From positions 170-64,169 of the forward strand of contig JAJQCT010000029.1 in the NCBI GenBank assembly GCA_021202555.1: DNA of 64,000 nt, given 5' to 3'. Origin of the DNA: Clostridiales bacterium (GTDB taxonomy: Bacteria > Bacillota > Clostridia > Oscillospirales > CAG-272). The translations under genes were made by a program, and so were the position numbers. How positions within the stretch are numbered: position 1 is the first letter of the stretch; each line of letters starts with the position of its first letter. The notes under the pieces were generated by a model, which was not told where the DNA came from, did not search any database, and saw nothing but the letters and a program-made list of their open reading frames with translations. Of this stretch, positions 27,600-37,045 are shown one piece after another.

Positions 27600-28258
27600 T
27601 GGGACGGCTTATTGTCATTGAGGGAGTCGACGGCGCGGGGAAAAGGACGCAAAGCGAACTTTTGCGTGACTATTTTATCTCGCGCGGCGTTCGCGTCCGC
27701 GAGCTTGACTTCCCTGTTTACGATTCTGAAAGCTCCCTTTTCGTGAGAATGTATTTGTCGGGGGAGCTTGGCGGCTCGCCCGACGACACAAATGCATACG
27801 CGGCGTCGATGCTTTTCGCTGCCGACAGGTATATATCGTACAGGCGCGACTGGAAAGCTGACGCTGACGATGAGAACACGGTTATTATCGCGAACAGGTA
27901 CACGACATCGAACGCGATTCATCAGCTCTCAAAGCTGCCTCGCGAGGCATGGGACGATTTTCTCGCATGGCTCTTTGATTTTGAATTTTCAAAGCTTTCG
28001 CTTCCCTCACCCGACGAGGTGATTTACCTTTCCGTTTCGGCTGAAATCTCAATGGAAAGTGTGCTTTCACGCTCAGAGCAAACGGGTCAGAAGCGCGACA
28101 TTCACGAGCTTGACGCGGATTATATGCGCCGCTCGTGCGAGGCGGGGCTTTACGCGGCAAATTCACTCGGGTGGAAAATTATCGAATGCGGGAGAGACGG
28201 AAAGCTTCGCGGGCGCGATGAAATATTCAAGGATATTCTGACGGCGCTCGGAATCTGA
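27599..28258 (+). CDS. tmk: Thymidylate kinase
   Basis: IEGVDGAGKRTQ, FPVY, ADRY, NRY, DIHE. Confidence 0.93.
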   Translation: MGRLIVIEGVDGAGKRTQSELLRDYFISRGVRVRELDFPVYDSESSLFVRMYLSGELGGSPDDTNAYAASMLFAADRYISYRRDWKADADDENTVIIANRYTTSNAIHQLSKLPREAWDDFLAWLFDFEFSKLSLPSPDEVIYLSVSAEISMESVLSRSEQTGQKRDIHELDADYMRRSCEAGLYAANSLGWKIIECGRDGKLRGRDEIFKDILTALGI

Positions 28259-28268
28259 AATTTTATTT

Positions 28269-28844
28269 TTGAAAGGCGGAAACTTCAAAATGATTATAAT
28301 GTTTTTGGCTGACGGATTTGAGGAGGGCGAGGCTATTGTCCCGCTCGACATTCTGCGGCGCGCGGGCGCCGATATAAAAACCGTCGGGGTCGGCAGACAG
28401 AGGGATTCAAAAGCTCCCGTGAGGGGCTCGCACGGAATAGACGTGACACCCGACCTCTGCGAGGACGAAATTCCCGACGGGATGACAGAGATGGTGATTT
28501 TGCCCGGCGGAAAGGTCGGCTCCGACAATCTTTACGCATCTGCTGTCGTAAGGGATACGCTTTTGGCGGTGAATGAAAGCGGAGGATGTCTTGCGGCGAT
28601 TTGCGCGGCTCCGTACATTCTCGGCGAGTACGGCTATCTTGAGGGCAAGCGCGCCGTTTGCTATCCCGGATTTGAGTCAAGGCTGAAGGGAGCCGTCATA
28701 TCGGACGCACAGGTCGTCACGGACGGAAACGTCATAACCGCCGAGGGTATGGGTGCGGCGCATGAGTTCGGGCTTGCGCTTGTCGCAAAGCTTTACGGAA
28801 AGGAGCGGGCGGACAAAATCGCCTCGGAAATAAGATACAGATGA
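28269..28844 (+). CDS. DJ-1/PfpI (YajL/ThiJ) family protein
   Basis: GFEEGEA, ILPGG, AAICAAP; the true start may be ATG 28289. Confidence 0.9.
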   Translation: MKGGNFKMIIMFLADGFEEGEAIVPLDILRRAGADIKTVGVGRQRDSKAPVRGSHGIDVTPDLCEDEIPDGMTEMVILPGGKVGSDNLYASAVVRDTLLAVNESGGCLAAICAAPYILGEYGYLEGKRAVCYPGFESRLKGAVISDAQVVTDGNVITAEGMGAAHEFGLALVAKLYGKERADKIASEIRYR

Positions 28845-29437
28845 ACACGATGAAACTTCAAAAGGCTGCAATGCGCGAAAAATACAAAAATGAGCGAAAG
28901 CTCATCGGAGATGATGAGCGCCGCGCGATGAGCGATGAAATCTGCCGACGCGCGACGGCGCTTTCAAGCTTCAGGCTGGCGCAGACGGTGCTTTTATACG
29001 CGCCGAAATCACATGAGGTGGACGTTTATCCTATCGCGAAGGAGGCGCTCGCTCGTGGAAAGCGCGTAGCCTTTCCGCGCTGCGGCAAAAAGGAGGACGG
29101 CACGATTTTGATGACGTTTCATACCGTAAGCTCTCTCTCGGAGCTTCATCCGGGAAGCTTTGGAATAATGGAGCCTGAAGATGACGCGCCGCTTTACGAA
29201 ATAGACGCTGACAAAAGAAGCTCGATTGCATTCGCTCCCGGAATCACGTTTGACCGTCACGGCTACAGAATCGGCTACGGCGGCGGATATTACGACAGGT
29301 ATTTCAGCTCCTACACGGGAACCATTGTCGGCGTGGTGTTCTCGCAGCTTCTGACGGATGAGATTCCGCATGGCAAATACGACATCAAAGCGGGACTTAT
29401 AATTACCGAAAAGGGAGTGACGGCAACTGAAGGCTAA
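28841..29437 (+). CDS. 5-formyltetrahydrofolate cyclo-ligase
   Basis: PG..FDRHGYRIGYGGGYYDRY, IPHGKYD. Confidence 0.95.
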   Translation: MNTMKLQKAAMREKYKNERKLIGDDERRAMSDEICRRATALSSFRLAQTVLLYAPKSHEVDVYPIAKEALARGKRVAFPRCGKKEDGTILMTFHTVSSLSELHPGSFGIMEPEDDAPLYEIDADKRSSIAFAPGITFDRHGYRIGYGGGYYDRYFSSYTGTIVGVVFSQLLTDEIPHGKYDIKAGLIITEKGVTATEG

Positions 29438-29477
29438 GGGACTTAACGCCGCCCCGACGCTGGCGGCGGTAATATTC

Positions 29478-30335
29478 GTGCTTTTGATTTTATCGGGGTA
29501 TCTCGGCGGCGACGCGCTCGGGGATAATCCGTATCTTTCCGTAATCGTAATACAGCTTCTGATATTTGTCCTGCCCGCGCTTTTCTTTTGCAGGCTGCGC
29601 GGCAAGGATTACGGCAGAAAAATCCGCATATCATTTTTTGAGCTTGGCACGATTCCGTTTATCATTATCGCGTGCGTCTCGCTCATGCTCGCGTCATGCG
29701 CCGTCAAATTCGGAATTTATTCGCTTTTAGACTACACCGTCAGCTCGTCGGATATTTACGGATACGCGGTTGAAGGCGAAATTTCGGCAGGCGACGGCGG
29801 CGCAGAAGCTGTCGCGGCGATTTTCGCGTTCGCGATATTTCCGGCTGTCACCGAGGAGCTTGTGTTCCGCGGAATAATGATTGCGGAATATGAGGAATGC
29901 GGCGTTATCGGAGCTGCGCTGATGAGCTCGCTGCTTTTCGCTATGCTGCATCTCGAGCCTGTGCTTTTCCCCGTATATTTTGTAAGCGGGCTGATTCTTG
30001 CGCTGTCTGTTTACGTCACGCGGTCGATTCTCGCGCCTATTTTAATCCACACGGTGAACAATATTTTTTCGCTTTTTTTAGAGGATTATCTTTGGGAGCG
30101 GATTTTGCAGCCGAGAAATCTCGTGGTGTTCGCGTTTTTAATTGTTTCGCTCACGCTGCTCGCATTCACTCTGATGTTCGGCGAGGCGTGCAGAATATAC
30201 CGCTCATACGGAAAGGACGGCGTGCCGAGCGAATACGTGATACCGAAAAAAAAGCGCACTCCGACTGTTTACGCTGTTATGACGATACCGTTTGCAATAT
30301 GTCTTGTGATTTTCATATTCGCGGCGGTGATTTAG
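29478..30335 (+). CDS. CPBP (CAAX/Abi) intramembrane metalloprotease
   Basis: EELVFRG, FAMLH, HTVNN; reading frame is open back to CTG 29427. Confidence 0.9.
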   Translation: MLLILSGYLGGDALGDNPYLSVIVIQLLIFVLPALFFCRLRGKDYGRKIRISFFELGTIPFIIIACVSLMLASCAVKFGIYSLLDYTVSSSDIYGYAVEGEISAGDGGAEAVAAIFAFAIFPAVTEELVFRGIMIAEYEECGVIGAALMSSLLFAMLHLEPVLFPVYFVSGLILALSVYVTRSILAPILIHTVNNIFSLFLEDYLWERILQPRNLVVFAFLIVSLTLLAFTLMFGEACRIYRSYGKDGVPSEYVIPKKKRTPTVYAVMTIPFAICLVIFIFAAVI

Positions 30336-30375
30336 CGGGGAGCGGCTTGAATATCGAAAAAAAGGGGGTGATATT

Positions 30376-31800
30376 ATGAACGGCTCTGACAATTTGAGTT
30401 CGGGAAAAATAAATAGCGGCGCAAATGACATCGGCGGCGTTTCCGATGAGGAAAGCAAAACGCAGCTTCGCGGCGCAGTTTCAGATTCGGGGGAGAGCGA
30501 CGCGCCCCCGTCGCAGCCGAAAGTCAATCCAAAGGACAAGCCTAAGGACAGTGAGATCATGCACGGCTCTTATCATGAAAAGAGGGCGGCAGCCGTCGAA
30601 AAAAGTGCTGGCGAGGAGGGCGGCAAAATGAGGCAAAAAAGCAGGAAAAGCGATTCTGCCGGCAAGACGCTTTCGGGACTTTTGCGCGGCGTAATTTATA
30701 TTTTGTTCGTCTCAATCACGGGAATAAGTATTGCTGTTTTCGCCGTCATCCCGATAGCAAACGATATGTTCGCGTTTGTAAAGGACGAGGAAATTGTGGA
30801 TATAACGATTCCCGAGCTTGCAACCATAAACGATGTGGCGGAAATACTTTATGAGAACGGACTTATCGAGTATCCCGAGATTTTTAAGATATATGCGAAT
30901 TTTCAAGGCGACGACGGCGAGTTTGTCGCGGGGGAATATTCCCTTTCGACGACGCTGAATTACGGTCAGCTTCTCGATTCCTTCAAATCGACGGAAACGA
31001 CGGAAATCATATCGATTACAATACCCGAGGGATACACTACGGATGAGATTATCGCGCTTTTCGTGGAAAACGGAATTGGCACCTACGACGGATTTGTCGA
31101 GGCGATAAACGAATACGACTGGTCGCTTGAGTACAGCTACTGGTTTATCGACGAGCTTGAGGAAAACGGCTATTCGGACTCGCGGCATTATCGGCTCGAT
31201 GGGTACCTTTTCCCCGACACCTATTATTTTTACACGACAGCGTCGGAGGTTTCCGTCATAGCGAAGCTGCTTGACAATTTCGAGACGAAATTCCCCGACA
31301 CATACCGTGCGCGCGCCGAGGTTCTCGGAATGACCGTCGATGAAATCGTGACGCTCGCGTCAATGATTCAGTCGGAGGCGAAATATCTCTCGGAATACGC
31401 GCTCGTATCCTCAGTATTTCACAACAGGCTCGACAACAGTGATTCATACCCGTATCTCGAATCAGTCGCAACGATTATATACGCGATTTATCACGACACG
31501 GGCGAGCGTCCGACGACGCTTGAAAGCGTCTCGTACAATTCGGATTACAACACTTACACTCACACGGGACTTCCGCCCGGAGCTATATGCAACCCCGGCT
31601 ATAACGCTCTGACATACGCGCTTTATTCGACAGAATCGGATTACTTCTACTTCGTGACCAACACGGACGGATATTCCGTATTCTCGACGACATACGCCGA
31701 GCATCTTGCCGCGATTGAAGCGGTTGAAAACGGCACGGCAATCTCCACGGTAATTCAAAATGCGTATTCGGAATACGATGATGAGGGGGATGATGAATAA
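30376..31800 (+). CDS. mltG: Endolytic transglycosylase MltG
   Basis: TIPEG, LDGYLFPDTY, LASMIQSEA, VFHNRL, YNTY..GLPPGAICNPG. Confidence 0.93.
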   Translation: MNGSDNLSSGKINSGANDIGGVSDEESKTQLRGAVSDSGESDAPPSQPKVNPKDKPKDSEIMHGSYHEKRAAAVEKSAGEEGGKMRQKSRKSDSAGKTLSGLLRGVIYILFVSITGISIAVFAVIPIANDMFAFVKDEEIVDITIPELATINDVAEILYENGLIEYPEIFKIYANFQGDDGEFVAGEYSLSTTLNYGQLLDSFKSTETTEIISITIPEGYTTDEIIALFVENGIGTYDGFVEAINEYDWSLEYSYWFIDELEENGYSDSRHYRLDGYLFPDTYYFYTTASEVSVIAKLLDNFETKFPDTYRARAEVLGMTVDEIVTLASMIQSEAKYLSEYALVSSVFHNRLDNSDSYPYLESVATIIYAIYHDTGERPTTLESVSYNSDYNTYTHTGLPPGAICNPGYNALTYALYSTESDYFYFVTNTDGYSVFSTTYAEHLAAIEAVENGTAISTVIQNAYSEYDDEGDDE

Positions 31801-32086
31801 AAACACTCACCGAGAACAGGACGTGCGTTTGCGCTCTAATCATTTCCATGTATGACACTGCGGTTATTTTGGAATTATAAGTTTGAAAGACAAATCATTC
31901 AAATTCTTCGTTATTCCGCTTGAAATGAATTGCCGAAGCGATTCGGTCAGGTGCGCCCGCAGGATAGAGGCGGCGCGGAATCGCGGGCTTCAAGGCAAAC
32001 CGCATTACAGAAAGGAAAGGAAGCTTTCGGGGCTTTTATTTACCGCGTTGGGAAACGAAAGCCGCCCGAGAGCTGTGAGACAAGAG

Positions 32087-32281
32087 ATGGAAAACAGTAC
32101 GGCAGACAGACTTCCCGAAGGGCTTGTCATGGCGTTCGCGCATGATACAGATGCGCTTGTGAGATTTACACGAATGTCAAACGAGGCGCAGGATGAAATC
32201 ATCAGGCGCGCGGCGAATGTGAAAACGGAGCGCGATATGAAGCGCCTCCTTAAAAGTATTCCGTATAATACAGTAGAATAA
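32087..32281 (+). CDS. Small hypothetical protein (64 aa)
   Basis: MENSTADRLPEGLVMAFAHD.DA..RF..MS...QDEII.RA..VK...M, resembling a common clostridial small protein; followed by a terminator. Start reassigned from 31883. Confidence 0.65.
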   Translation: MENSTADRLPEGLVMAFAHDTDALVRFTRMSNEAQDEIIRRAANVKTERDMKRLLKSIPYNTVE

Positions 32282-32283
32282 AA

Positions 32284-32320
32284 CATTAAAAAAGCAGCGG
32301 ATTCCGCTGCTTTTTTAATG
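32284..32320. terminator. Bidirectional intrinsic terminator
   Basis: CATTAAAAAAGCAGCGG-ATT-CCGCTGCTTTTTTAATG. Confidence 0.85.
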
Positions 32321-32352
32321 TCTTCACTCAAGTTAGGCGCTGCTCGATAAGA

Positions 32353-32724
32353 TTATAATTCACCTTCGCCGTGGGTTTCGTGCTTGCGCGATTCATGCTT
32401 TTCGTAGTAGCCGATGAGATTTCCGGCTTTGTCCCTCAGCGCGACGATATAAACATCGCTGTCAGCCCCGTCCCATGTTTTGCTGTATGTATACACGCGG
32501 TCAAGAGCGGGATTTTCGCGGAAGCTTTCGATGACGGACAATATTATTTCCCTTGAACGCGGATTATGGCAGTCGAAAATCGATTTTTCCACAAGCTCCG
32601 CTCCGCCGCGCTTTTCGTATCTTTTCACGGCGGTGGGGTTCATGTATACGATGATATGCTCCGCGCTGCAAATGACAATCGGTTCCCTGTCCGCGTCAAT
32701 CAGCGCCTTGAAATAATCGTTCAT
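32353..32724 (-). CDS. Stand-alone PAS-domain protein
   Basis: PIVIC...IVYMNP.A......EL..KSIFDCHNP...LRD..GNLIGY. Confidence 0.8.
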   Translation of the reverse strand: MNDYFKALIDADREPIVICSAEHIIVYMNPTAVKRYEKRGGAELVEKSIFDCHNPRSREIILSVIESFRENPALDRVYTYSKTWDGADSDVYIVALRDKAGNLIGYYEKHESRKHETHGEGEL

Positions 32725-32772
32725 TTTCGTTCTCTCCAGTCTTTTTTTCGGAAAATTGCGTACCTTCGCCGC

Positions 32773-33486
32773 TTACACCGCAGCATAAAGAATGTCTTCC
32801 GCACCATATGGGACACGGTCGGCAATTTTTCCGTTTTCAAATAAGAATGCGCCGCCGACAGCATCGGGATTTTCCGAAATCGAATTGACAAGAAGCGCTT
32901 TTTTTGCGGCGAGATTTGACCTCTCGGCGTACTCCTCCTCACAGCTTTTCCACTCGGCGGCGGAGAATGTAACGTAAATCGACCAAAGCAAAATACCGTC
33001 CGTCCTGAAGCGTTCGGGGCATTCCCACATATCGCCGCAGAGAGCGATTCTGAATTTTTGTCCCTTGTAGATAAAATCCTCGCTTATTTTTCCCTCACGG
33101 TAATGCTCATCCGCAAGAGCGGTGTCCTTCCAGCCCGACGATATACGGCGATAATTATGAAGTATCGCGCCGTCGGCTATGACGGCGCATGAGGAATAAA
33201 GGTCATTGCCGTCGCATTCAACGTATCCGAGACATAAATCGACGCCATATCTGCGCGTCATGGCACATATTTTGCGGAAAATGTCATCGTCACGCGCGAT
33301 GCCGACATTAAGGTCGTGCGGATAATTGAAATTCAGAGCGTCGAAGCCCTGCAAAAACGTCTCACCAAAGCAGACAATGTCAGCCCACCCGTGCGCGGCT
33401 TGCAAAGCCCGCTCAATCTGTGAAATATTGAACGCGGTATCGCCGTTGACAAAGCGATATGCCGCAAGTGCGATTGTTAGGGGCAT
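32773..33486 (-). CDS. Carbon-nitrogen hydrolase (nitrilase-family) protein
   Basis: VCFGETFLQG (catalytic E), YRRIS, IALCGD (catalytic C). Confidence 0.85.
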   Translation of the reverse strand: MPLTIALAAYRFVNGDTAFNISQIERALQAAHGWADIVCFGETFLQGFDALNFNYPHDLNVGIARDDDIFRKICAMTRRYGVDLCLGYVECDGNDLYSSCAVIADGAILHNYRRISSGWKDTALADEHYREGKISEDFIYKGQKFRIALCGDMWECPERFRTDGILLWSIYVTFSAAEWKSCEEEYAERSNLAAKKALLVNSISENPDAVGGAFLFENGKIADRVPYGAEDILYAAV

Positions 33487-33499
33487 GAGGTTATTCCCA
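33385..33499. repeat. 115-bp direct repeat, left copy (nitrilase 5' end plus TGGGAATAA)
   Basis: Identical to 37611-37725 by base-by-base reading. Confidence 0.95.
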
Positions 33500-33589
33500 T
33501 TCGATTCTCACAAGCGCGCACTAAACAAATTTGCTTTTGTAATTTAGCTGTGAGTTTCTGTTTTATTTGTATTATCGGAAAGACGCAAA

Positions 33590-33880
33590 CTATCCGATTT
33601 TTGTTGTCATTCTGTTGCCACGGTTATATATTTTTTCACCCAAAGCTGGTGGTGTGTTTATCTCGGTATCGCAAATAATTCCATTTGTTTCAATAATAAT
33701 CGCTGAATTTCTCAAAATTTCTATGAAACAATCCGAAACCGAAGTTGATGAGCTATTATAATTTGCCGCCGCTGTTTCACTATATGCGTTATACTGTAGT
33801 TGTTGTATCACCAGATTCATTCTACCGTTCGGTATTAATTGAATCAAATTCGTGTTTCCAACCTTCAAATGCTCTATCAT
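33590..33880 (-). CDS. Hypothetical protein (islet, uncertain start)
   Basis: ORF downstream of the protease pseudogene; no recognised motif. Confidence 0.3.
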   Translation of the reverse strand: MIEHLKVGNTNLIQLIPNGRMNLVIQQLQYNAYSETAAANYNSSSTSVSDCFIEILRNSAIIIETNGIICDTEINTPPALGEKIYNRGNRMTTKIG

Positions 33881-34841
33881 CGTTAATTCGTTGTTGCTGT
33901 CCGGCAGGAGTTTGTATTGTTTGCATTACAATTATTCCTTGCGAAATGAAAGAATAACTTCCTCCTGGCAAACTTTCAAGTAACCCCCCCCCCTTTTTTT
34001 TTGATAGTATATTCACCATTATGTTTTTTTTCATAGCACGAGGGGCAAATGTTTCGCCAAATCCAAGTTCAGCACTTATACATCATATATAGCTTTGATA
34101 ACACCATATAAGTTTTCATCAGGCTTGATTATATTCAGCCCTAAAGTGTTTTTTGCTTTCCAACGATTAATAGTATAATCATGACTGCCAAATTCACTAC
34201 AAAGGAACGAAATAATCTGTTTTATCTTATTAGGATCGGTAATTTAATTAATCAATAGCTTTCCAGCAAACATCTTGATTTGTGCTCTTGAACGGTATAC
34301 ATTGCCAAGAACAAGTGGATGAACACTATCGGACAGCTTTATAAGAATATTAGCAGGAGCAAGGTCTTCCTTTATTGACAGTTCTTCCTTAGCAAATTCT
34401 AAATATCCCTTAACAGCTTTACGCTTACTGGCATAGTTGCTGTTGGATTATTTGGGATTTGCGGATTTAAGGGAATATTTATGCTGGGATCAATCGGTCC
34501 TAGAGTAGCTTGCTTGGTCATAATTATTGAATTAGCACCAATACATATCAAAGTTCCTGCACTATACGCTTTATGTAGAATAATAACTTGTAGCTCATCG
34601 CAATACTGCCGCAAAAGATTGATGATATTCCACGCTGCCGCAGTATCCCCTCCACGAGTGTATAAATACAACAAAATTTTAGGTATAACGCCAATTTTAT
34701 CTAAGTGATTAATAAATAAGTCTATCACATCCTGTACAATTTGTGTTTCAAATCCCTTTCGATCACTGGTACATATGTAATAACTTTAGCGTTCAAGGAA
34801 TTTTCTAACTCTTTATATAAATCCAATCTGTTTGTGTACAT
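33822..34841 (-). pseudogene. SDH_sah / ClpP-fold serine protease, disrupted
   Basis: MYTNRLDLYKELE...LYTRGGD...AYSAGTLICIGA...LGPIDP...HPLVLG.VYRSR...GSHDYTINR...FEGWK pieced together across at least three frameshifts and two internal stops. Confidence 0.8.
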
Positions 34842-34850
34842 TAATTTTCC

Positions 34851-35561
34851 TCACTTCAAATGCTCATGCAAAATTCGCTTTATGGTTTCTTGTGCTGTTT
34901 CTTCGCCAGCTAAGCTAACCAGCCTATTATAATCCTCTATTTCACCGCCAGTAAATATGATGGATATAACTTTCTCCACTCGTCCTGCAACATGATCATA
35001 GTCCTCGGGATGTGCCCAAAAACAACGCAAACAAAAATCTCTATCTTTTTTCTCCCAATTTGTACAATGCTCACATGTCCATGACTTAGCTCTGTTTGCA
35101 GAAGGGCTAAGAAGCATAAAATAATCAATATCTTTTTCATCATGTTCGCCCCCGATTTCGTAGGGGACTCTGTGATCAACCTGCAAGATAGTGTCATCCA
35201 TTTTTTCAAGATAGATAAAACATTTTGCGCCGTATTTCTCAATCAAAGCTTGCATTAATGCCTTGGAGAGAACAGTTCGACCAGATGCTTTGGAAAGAGC
35301 GTTTTTGGCGTCATCGGGATTGCCAAATTTATATGCCGCAATACTTCTACCATCTGCACCTTGTACTCTATATGTCACGAGGGGAATACCATATTCTCTC
35401 ACATCTCGAACGGCTCTTGGTGGATGATTATACCCATAAACATCCTTTAATTCTTGAGATGTAACATAACCATTTTTTAGAATATGCTGAATAACTGTGC
35501 GTGGTCTCTTGGCGGTTACCGACTCCAATAACGCCAGGAATTCCTTAGAATATTCACTCAT
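34851..35561 (-). CDS. HNH restriction endonuclease, SphI-like
   Basis: GYNHPPRAVRD, LQVDHRVP, ANRAKSWTCEHC.NW..KD...C..CFWAHPE.Y.HV match R.SphI as recalled (not searched). Confidence 0.8.
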   Translation of the reverse strand: MSEYSKEFLALLESVTAKRPRTVIQHILKNGYVTSQELKDVYGYNHPPRAVRDVREYGIPLVTYRVQGADGRSIAAYKFGNPDDAKNALSKASGRTVLSKALMQALIEKYGAKCFIYLEKMDDTILQVDHRVPYEIGGEHDEKDIDYFMLLSPSANRAKSWTCEHCTNWEKKDRDFCLRCFWAHPEDYDHVAGRVEKVISIIFTGGEIEDYNRLVSLAGEETAQETIKRILHEHLK

Positions 35562-35587
35562 GCCATTGCCTCCAATAAAGATAGTTG

Positions 35588-36466
35588 TTAGGGAACACTG
35601 TTAAAAATAGGCAACAGTGCCTCGCTAATGTATAATGCTTCAAAAGTTGTTGATTTTTTCCCCAACAACAATGCTTGGCTGGAAAGACCGGCATTTAGCA
35701 TGAATTTCTGGCAATGCAAGCTGGAAGGAAGTTCCTCTCCGTACTCTTTTCCGCCACATTCACCATCATAGCTAATTAAGTAGTCAATGCCTTTTCTTTC
35801 AAGTATTTTAATGGATTCCGCAAATTCATCAAAGGGGACACCGGCAAAATATCTGTTATCTCTTACATTGCTAACACCTTGATATGGTGGATCCATATAA
35901 ACCAAATCGCCTTGCTGTGCCATTTCTAAAACCTCATGGTAATCAAGAAATGAAAAAGTAGCCTTTCCATTCATAAGTCGTGAAATTGCATAAACATTTG
36001 GTGCCAGTGTTTTAGGACTTGTTCCGTGTCTGCGTTTATCGGGCGATTGGTTAAAGTTACCGTTTTTGCCATATCTCACGGCTCCTTTAACACAGCGTGC
36101 AAGCAAATAGAGCATATTTTCTGGAGTTTCTTCTCCGTTATTAAATTTCTCTCTTATAACAAAAAAATGTTGAACATGATCATCTCCATACAAAAACTGT
36201 TCTTCCCATATTTTTGCGTAAGCATCAATCAATTCTTGAGGGTGTTCAATAGCAAATTGAAGCATTTTCACTAACGGAGCATTCAAATCATTTATATGAA
36301 AACTACTTGTTCTATTCTCATACGCAACTGCAACACTTACTGCTGCCATACCGGCGAAAGGCTCAATCAACCGATTAAACTTATTTGGCATAAACTGAAG
36401 AATTTGTGGTGCCAATACTCTTTTTGAACCTTGATACTGTACAATATGAGGTATTTTCCCGTTCAT
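35588..36466 (-). CDS. D12-class N6-adenine DNA methyltransferase
   Basis: YQGSKR, IEPFAG, INDLN, YMDPPY, ISYDG; directly upstream of the HNH gene. Confidence 0.92.
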   Translation of the reverse strand: MNGKIPHIVQYQGSKRVLAPQILQFMPNKFNRLIEPFAGMAAVSVAVAYENRTSSFHINDLNAPLVKMLQFAIEHPQELIDAYAKIWEEQFLYGDDHVQHFFVIREKFNNGEETPENMLYLLARCVKGAVRYGKNGNFNQSPDKRRHGTSPKTLAPNVYAISRLMNGKATFSFLDYHEVLEMAQQGDLVYMDPPYQGVSNVRDNRYFAGVPFDEFAESIKILERKGIDYLISYDGECGGKEYGEELPSSLHCQKFMLNAGLSSQALLLGKKSTTFEALYISEALLPIFNSVP

Positions 36467-36677
36467 TTCTGTACCTCCGTTTTTCTAATTCAACTATCTC
36501 TCCTAAAACACAGTCTAAAGTAATACATATTTTGCACAATATTTCCACGGAAACATATTCATTTCGTCCCATTTTAGCTATAATATTAAAGCTTACACCA
36601 GATGCATCTTTTAATTCAGTACGATTCATTTTTCGATCTGTAAGCATTTTCCAAAGTTTATCATATGAAACAGGCAT
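36381..36677 (-). CDS. Cro/C1-type HTH regulator (reads through into the MTase start)
   Basis: MPVSYDKLWKMLTDRKM.RTEL....G.S...IAKMG.NE.VS.E.L.KIC..LDC..GEIVE. Confidence 0.8.
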   Translation of the reverse strand: MPVSYDKLWKMLTDRKMNRTELKDASGVSFNIIAKMGRNEYVSVEILCKICITLDCVLGEIVELEKRRYRNERENTSYCTVSRFKKSIGTTNSSVYAK

Positions 36678-36808
36678 TATATCGCTCCATTCTGCTTGTT
36701 TGGACATATTGTAACACAAAATGCACGAAGTTTCAAGATGTTCTCACAAAAACATGAGTCCGAATTGTAAAAAAGCCCGAAGGATTGCTCCCACAGGCGG
36801 CGGTACGG

Positions 36809-37045
36809 TCAATTCTCAAAGGGCTTATACACGGTCACGGCTTTTAGATACTTTACTGGATCGCCGTTCAGTATCAAATCCGCAATTCCAGCGGAGCATT
36901 ATAAACAGGGTAGTACAGCTCTGACCGTTCATACATATTGTCTGCAACCTCAATTTCCACAGCGGTACAATCAATGGAGATCAGCGTTCCGTCCTCCAGC
37001 CGTAGCTCCACAGCAGAAGCCGCATTTTCAAATCAGTTCTGACAT
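36809..37045 (-). pseudogene. DUF6061-like protein, frameshifted
   Basis: Manual translation AVELRLEDGTLISIDCTAVEIEVADNMYERSEL...DLILNGDPVKYLKAVT, with frameshifts near the 5' end and near 36885. Confidence 0.65.

Noticed and set aside
28800-28845. 6S RNA upstream of the 5-formyl-THF cyclo-ligase gene (E. coli-like synteny)
   Set aside because: No intergenic space; the genes overlap.
31990-32030. c-di-GMP-I riboswitch (GGCAAACC...GAAA...GG)
   Set aside because: The bases flanking GAAA do not pair and the GACGCAAAGC segment is missing.
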